A stretch of 64,000 nucleotides of DNA, taken from a bacterium. Lineage in GTDB: Bacteria; Desulfobacterota; DSWW01. Of the stretch, positions 62,790-64,000 are shown piece after piece. A program made the translations under genes and the position numbers. The stretch covers positions 1-64,000 of the forward strand of contig JBFLZG010000084.1 in the NCBI GenBank assembly GCA_040756235.1. Reading direction: 5' to 3'. Numbering within the stretch: the first letter of the stretch is position 1; each line of letters opens with the position of its first letter. The notes under the pieces are model-generated. The model searched no databases and had not been told where the DNA came from. It saw only the letters and a list, made by a program, of their open reading frames with translations.

Positions 62790-63425
62790 ATGAAGGCAGA
62801 ATTGACCAGACTGGGGGATGCCCTTCTCGCAGGCAACGTCGAGGAAGTGCGGCGCCTCACGCAAGAGGCCCTGAGGCTGGGCGTCCCACCTCAGGCGATC
62901 CTGGACACGGGCATGCGGCCCGCCATGGAACGTCTGGGGGAACGGTTCTCGGCAGGGCTCGCCTATCTGCCCGAGCTGCTCCTGGCGGCGGACACGATGA
63001 AGGAAGGCATGGAGGTGCTGCGGCCCGCGGTGCTGCGCGGCGAAGTCAGGCCCGAGGCGACTCTCCTCATCGGCACCGTCGAGGGGGATATTCACGACAT
63101 CGGCAAGAACCTGGTCCGGATGATGTTCGAAGGCGGGGGCTTCCGGGTGATCGATCTCGGGATCGACGTCACCTGTGAAGGTTTCGTCGAGGCTTATCGC
63201 AGGGAGCAGCCGGACTTGGTGGGCCTGTCGGCTCTTCTGACCACCACGATCGGTCAGATGGAAAAAGTGATCCGCCTGATCCGCGCGGAAGACCCTCGAG
63301 CCAGGGTCCTCGTGGGCGGCGCGCCGGTCCGGCAGGCCTTCGCCGATCGGATCGGAGCCAGCGGATACGCGCCGGATGCTGCCGCCGCCGTGAAGGTGGG
63401 AAGAAGCCTTCTGGGTCTCGGATAG
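62790..63425 (+). CDS. Corrinoid (B12-binding) protein of a methyltransferase system
   Basis: Helical cap plus GTVEGDIHDIGKN, DLGIDV, GLSALLTTT, VGGAP. Confidence 0.93.
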   Translation: MKAELTRLGDALLAGNVEEVRRLTQEALRLGVPPQAILDTGMRPAMERLGERFSAGLAYLPELLLAADTMKEGMEVLRPAVLRGEVRPEATLLIGTVEGDIHDIGKNLVRMMFEGGGFRVIDLGIDVTCEGFVEAYRREQPDLVGLSALLTTTIGQMEKVIRLIRAEDPRARVLVGGAPVRQAFADRIGASGYAPDAAAAVKVGRSLLGLG

Positions 63426-63801
63426 AGCCTGTGCCGAAAGCCCGGCCTGGAGGTTGTCGCCTGCCCCGCGGATGTCGGAGAACGGCCACACGGCTGTCGT
63501 CCTGGACCGTCACGTGAGCGTTGACAGCCCGGCGGCGGACCCGGGCCGACGGGCCCTGTCCCCTAGGAAATCAGCCGCCTGGATCGCTACAACCTTCCGT
63601 CCTCACCTGGCATCTGAATTGCTGTCTCGTGTGGTCTCGTCCGTTTTTCCTTCTTCCCTCCTTGCTCATCATGGGTCTGCTGATCGAAAGCGGGGTCGCG
63701 AGCCCGTGGGACAGGTCATTCCATTTCCCCCCCGACGGAAATCGGACCTGGAATCCGGAGGCAATGGAGGCCGGGGACCGCACAAGGTCCTTGCGCCGAG
63801 C

Positions 63802-64000
63802 ATGACTCTGGAGGAACAACTGGACGGCTTCCTGGATCGCATCGGCACCCCCTGCCCCGGAGCGGGGCCGGCGCAGTCGGGAAGGGCGCCGCAGCGTGCG
63901 GCTAACATCCGCCGGCTCCTCGCGCTACGACCGCCGGGATTGCTGGTCTTCTGCAACACCGTTTTCGATAACGGCAGCCGCGCCGTCCCCTGGGGGGACG
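63802..64000 (+). CDS. Possible partial ORF truncated by the window edge
   Basis: Open frame MTLEEQLDGFLDRIG... runs to the end; no recognisable motif. Confidence 0.35.
   Translation, partial: MTLEEQLDGFLDRIGTPCPGAGPAQSGRAPQRAANIRRLLALRPPGLLVFCNTVFDNGSRAVPWGD

Noticed and set aside
63426..63800. Cobalamin riboswitch or small ORFs after the corrinoid gene
   Set aside because: No B12-box recognised; the short ORFs lack motifs

Overview
GC-rich bacterial chromosomal segment with dense coding. Gene content (sigma-54 promoters, GEMM-I riboswitch, glycyl radical enzyme, corrinoid protein, FBP aldolase/phosphatase, CFI-box-CTERM and DUF1329-like proteins) suggests an anaerobic Deltaproteobacteria/Desulfobacterota-like organism; this is inferred. 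Main blocks: (1) a sigma-54 acyl-CoA carboxylation/beta-oxidation operon with two complementarily degenerate carboxyltransferases, a BKACE, a hydratase, a biotin carrier and a tandem ACAD pair, plus a divergent large enhancer-binding protein; (2) an NhaP-type antiporter-rhodanese fusion with an in-frame UGA (CxU) and a SECIS-like hairpin, probably an unannotated selenoprotein; (3) a mycothiol-like cluster (MshA-like GT4, PIG-L deacetylase, GNAT) with a peptidase-S51/CysRS-anticodon-domain fusion where a cysteine ligase would be expected; (4) a CdaA-CdaR fusion divergent from corA; (5) a PadR-headed catabolic cluster with SDR, glycyl radical enzyme, IolD-like ThDP enzyme, CoA transferase, MmgE/PrpD and ACAD; (6) a Hsp20 pair around a J-domain remnant interrupted by a MITE-like element; (7) a ~2600-aa surface protein under a c-di-GMP-I riboswitch; (8) fbp and a methyltransferase/corrinoid pair. 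Intergenic regions carry many REP-like palindromes and MITE-like copies. No rRNA, tRNA, CRISPR or transposase was seen. All family assignments come from motif recognition by eye, not database searches.
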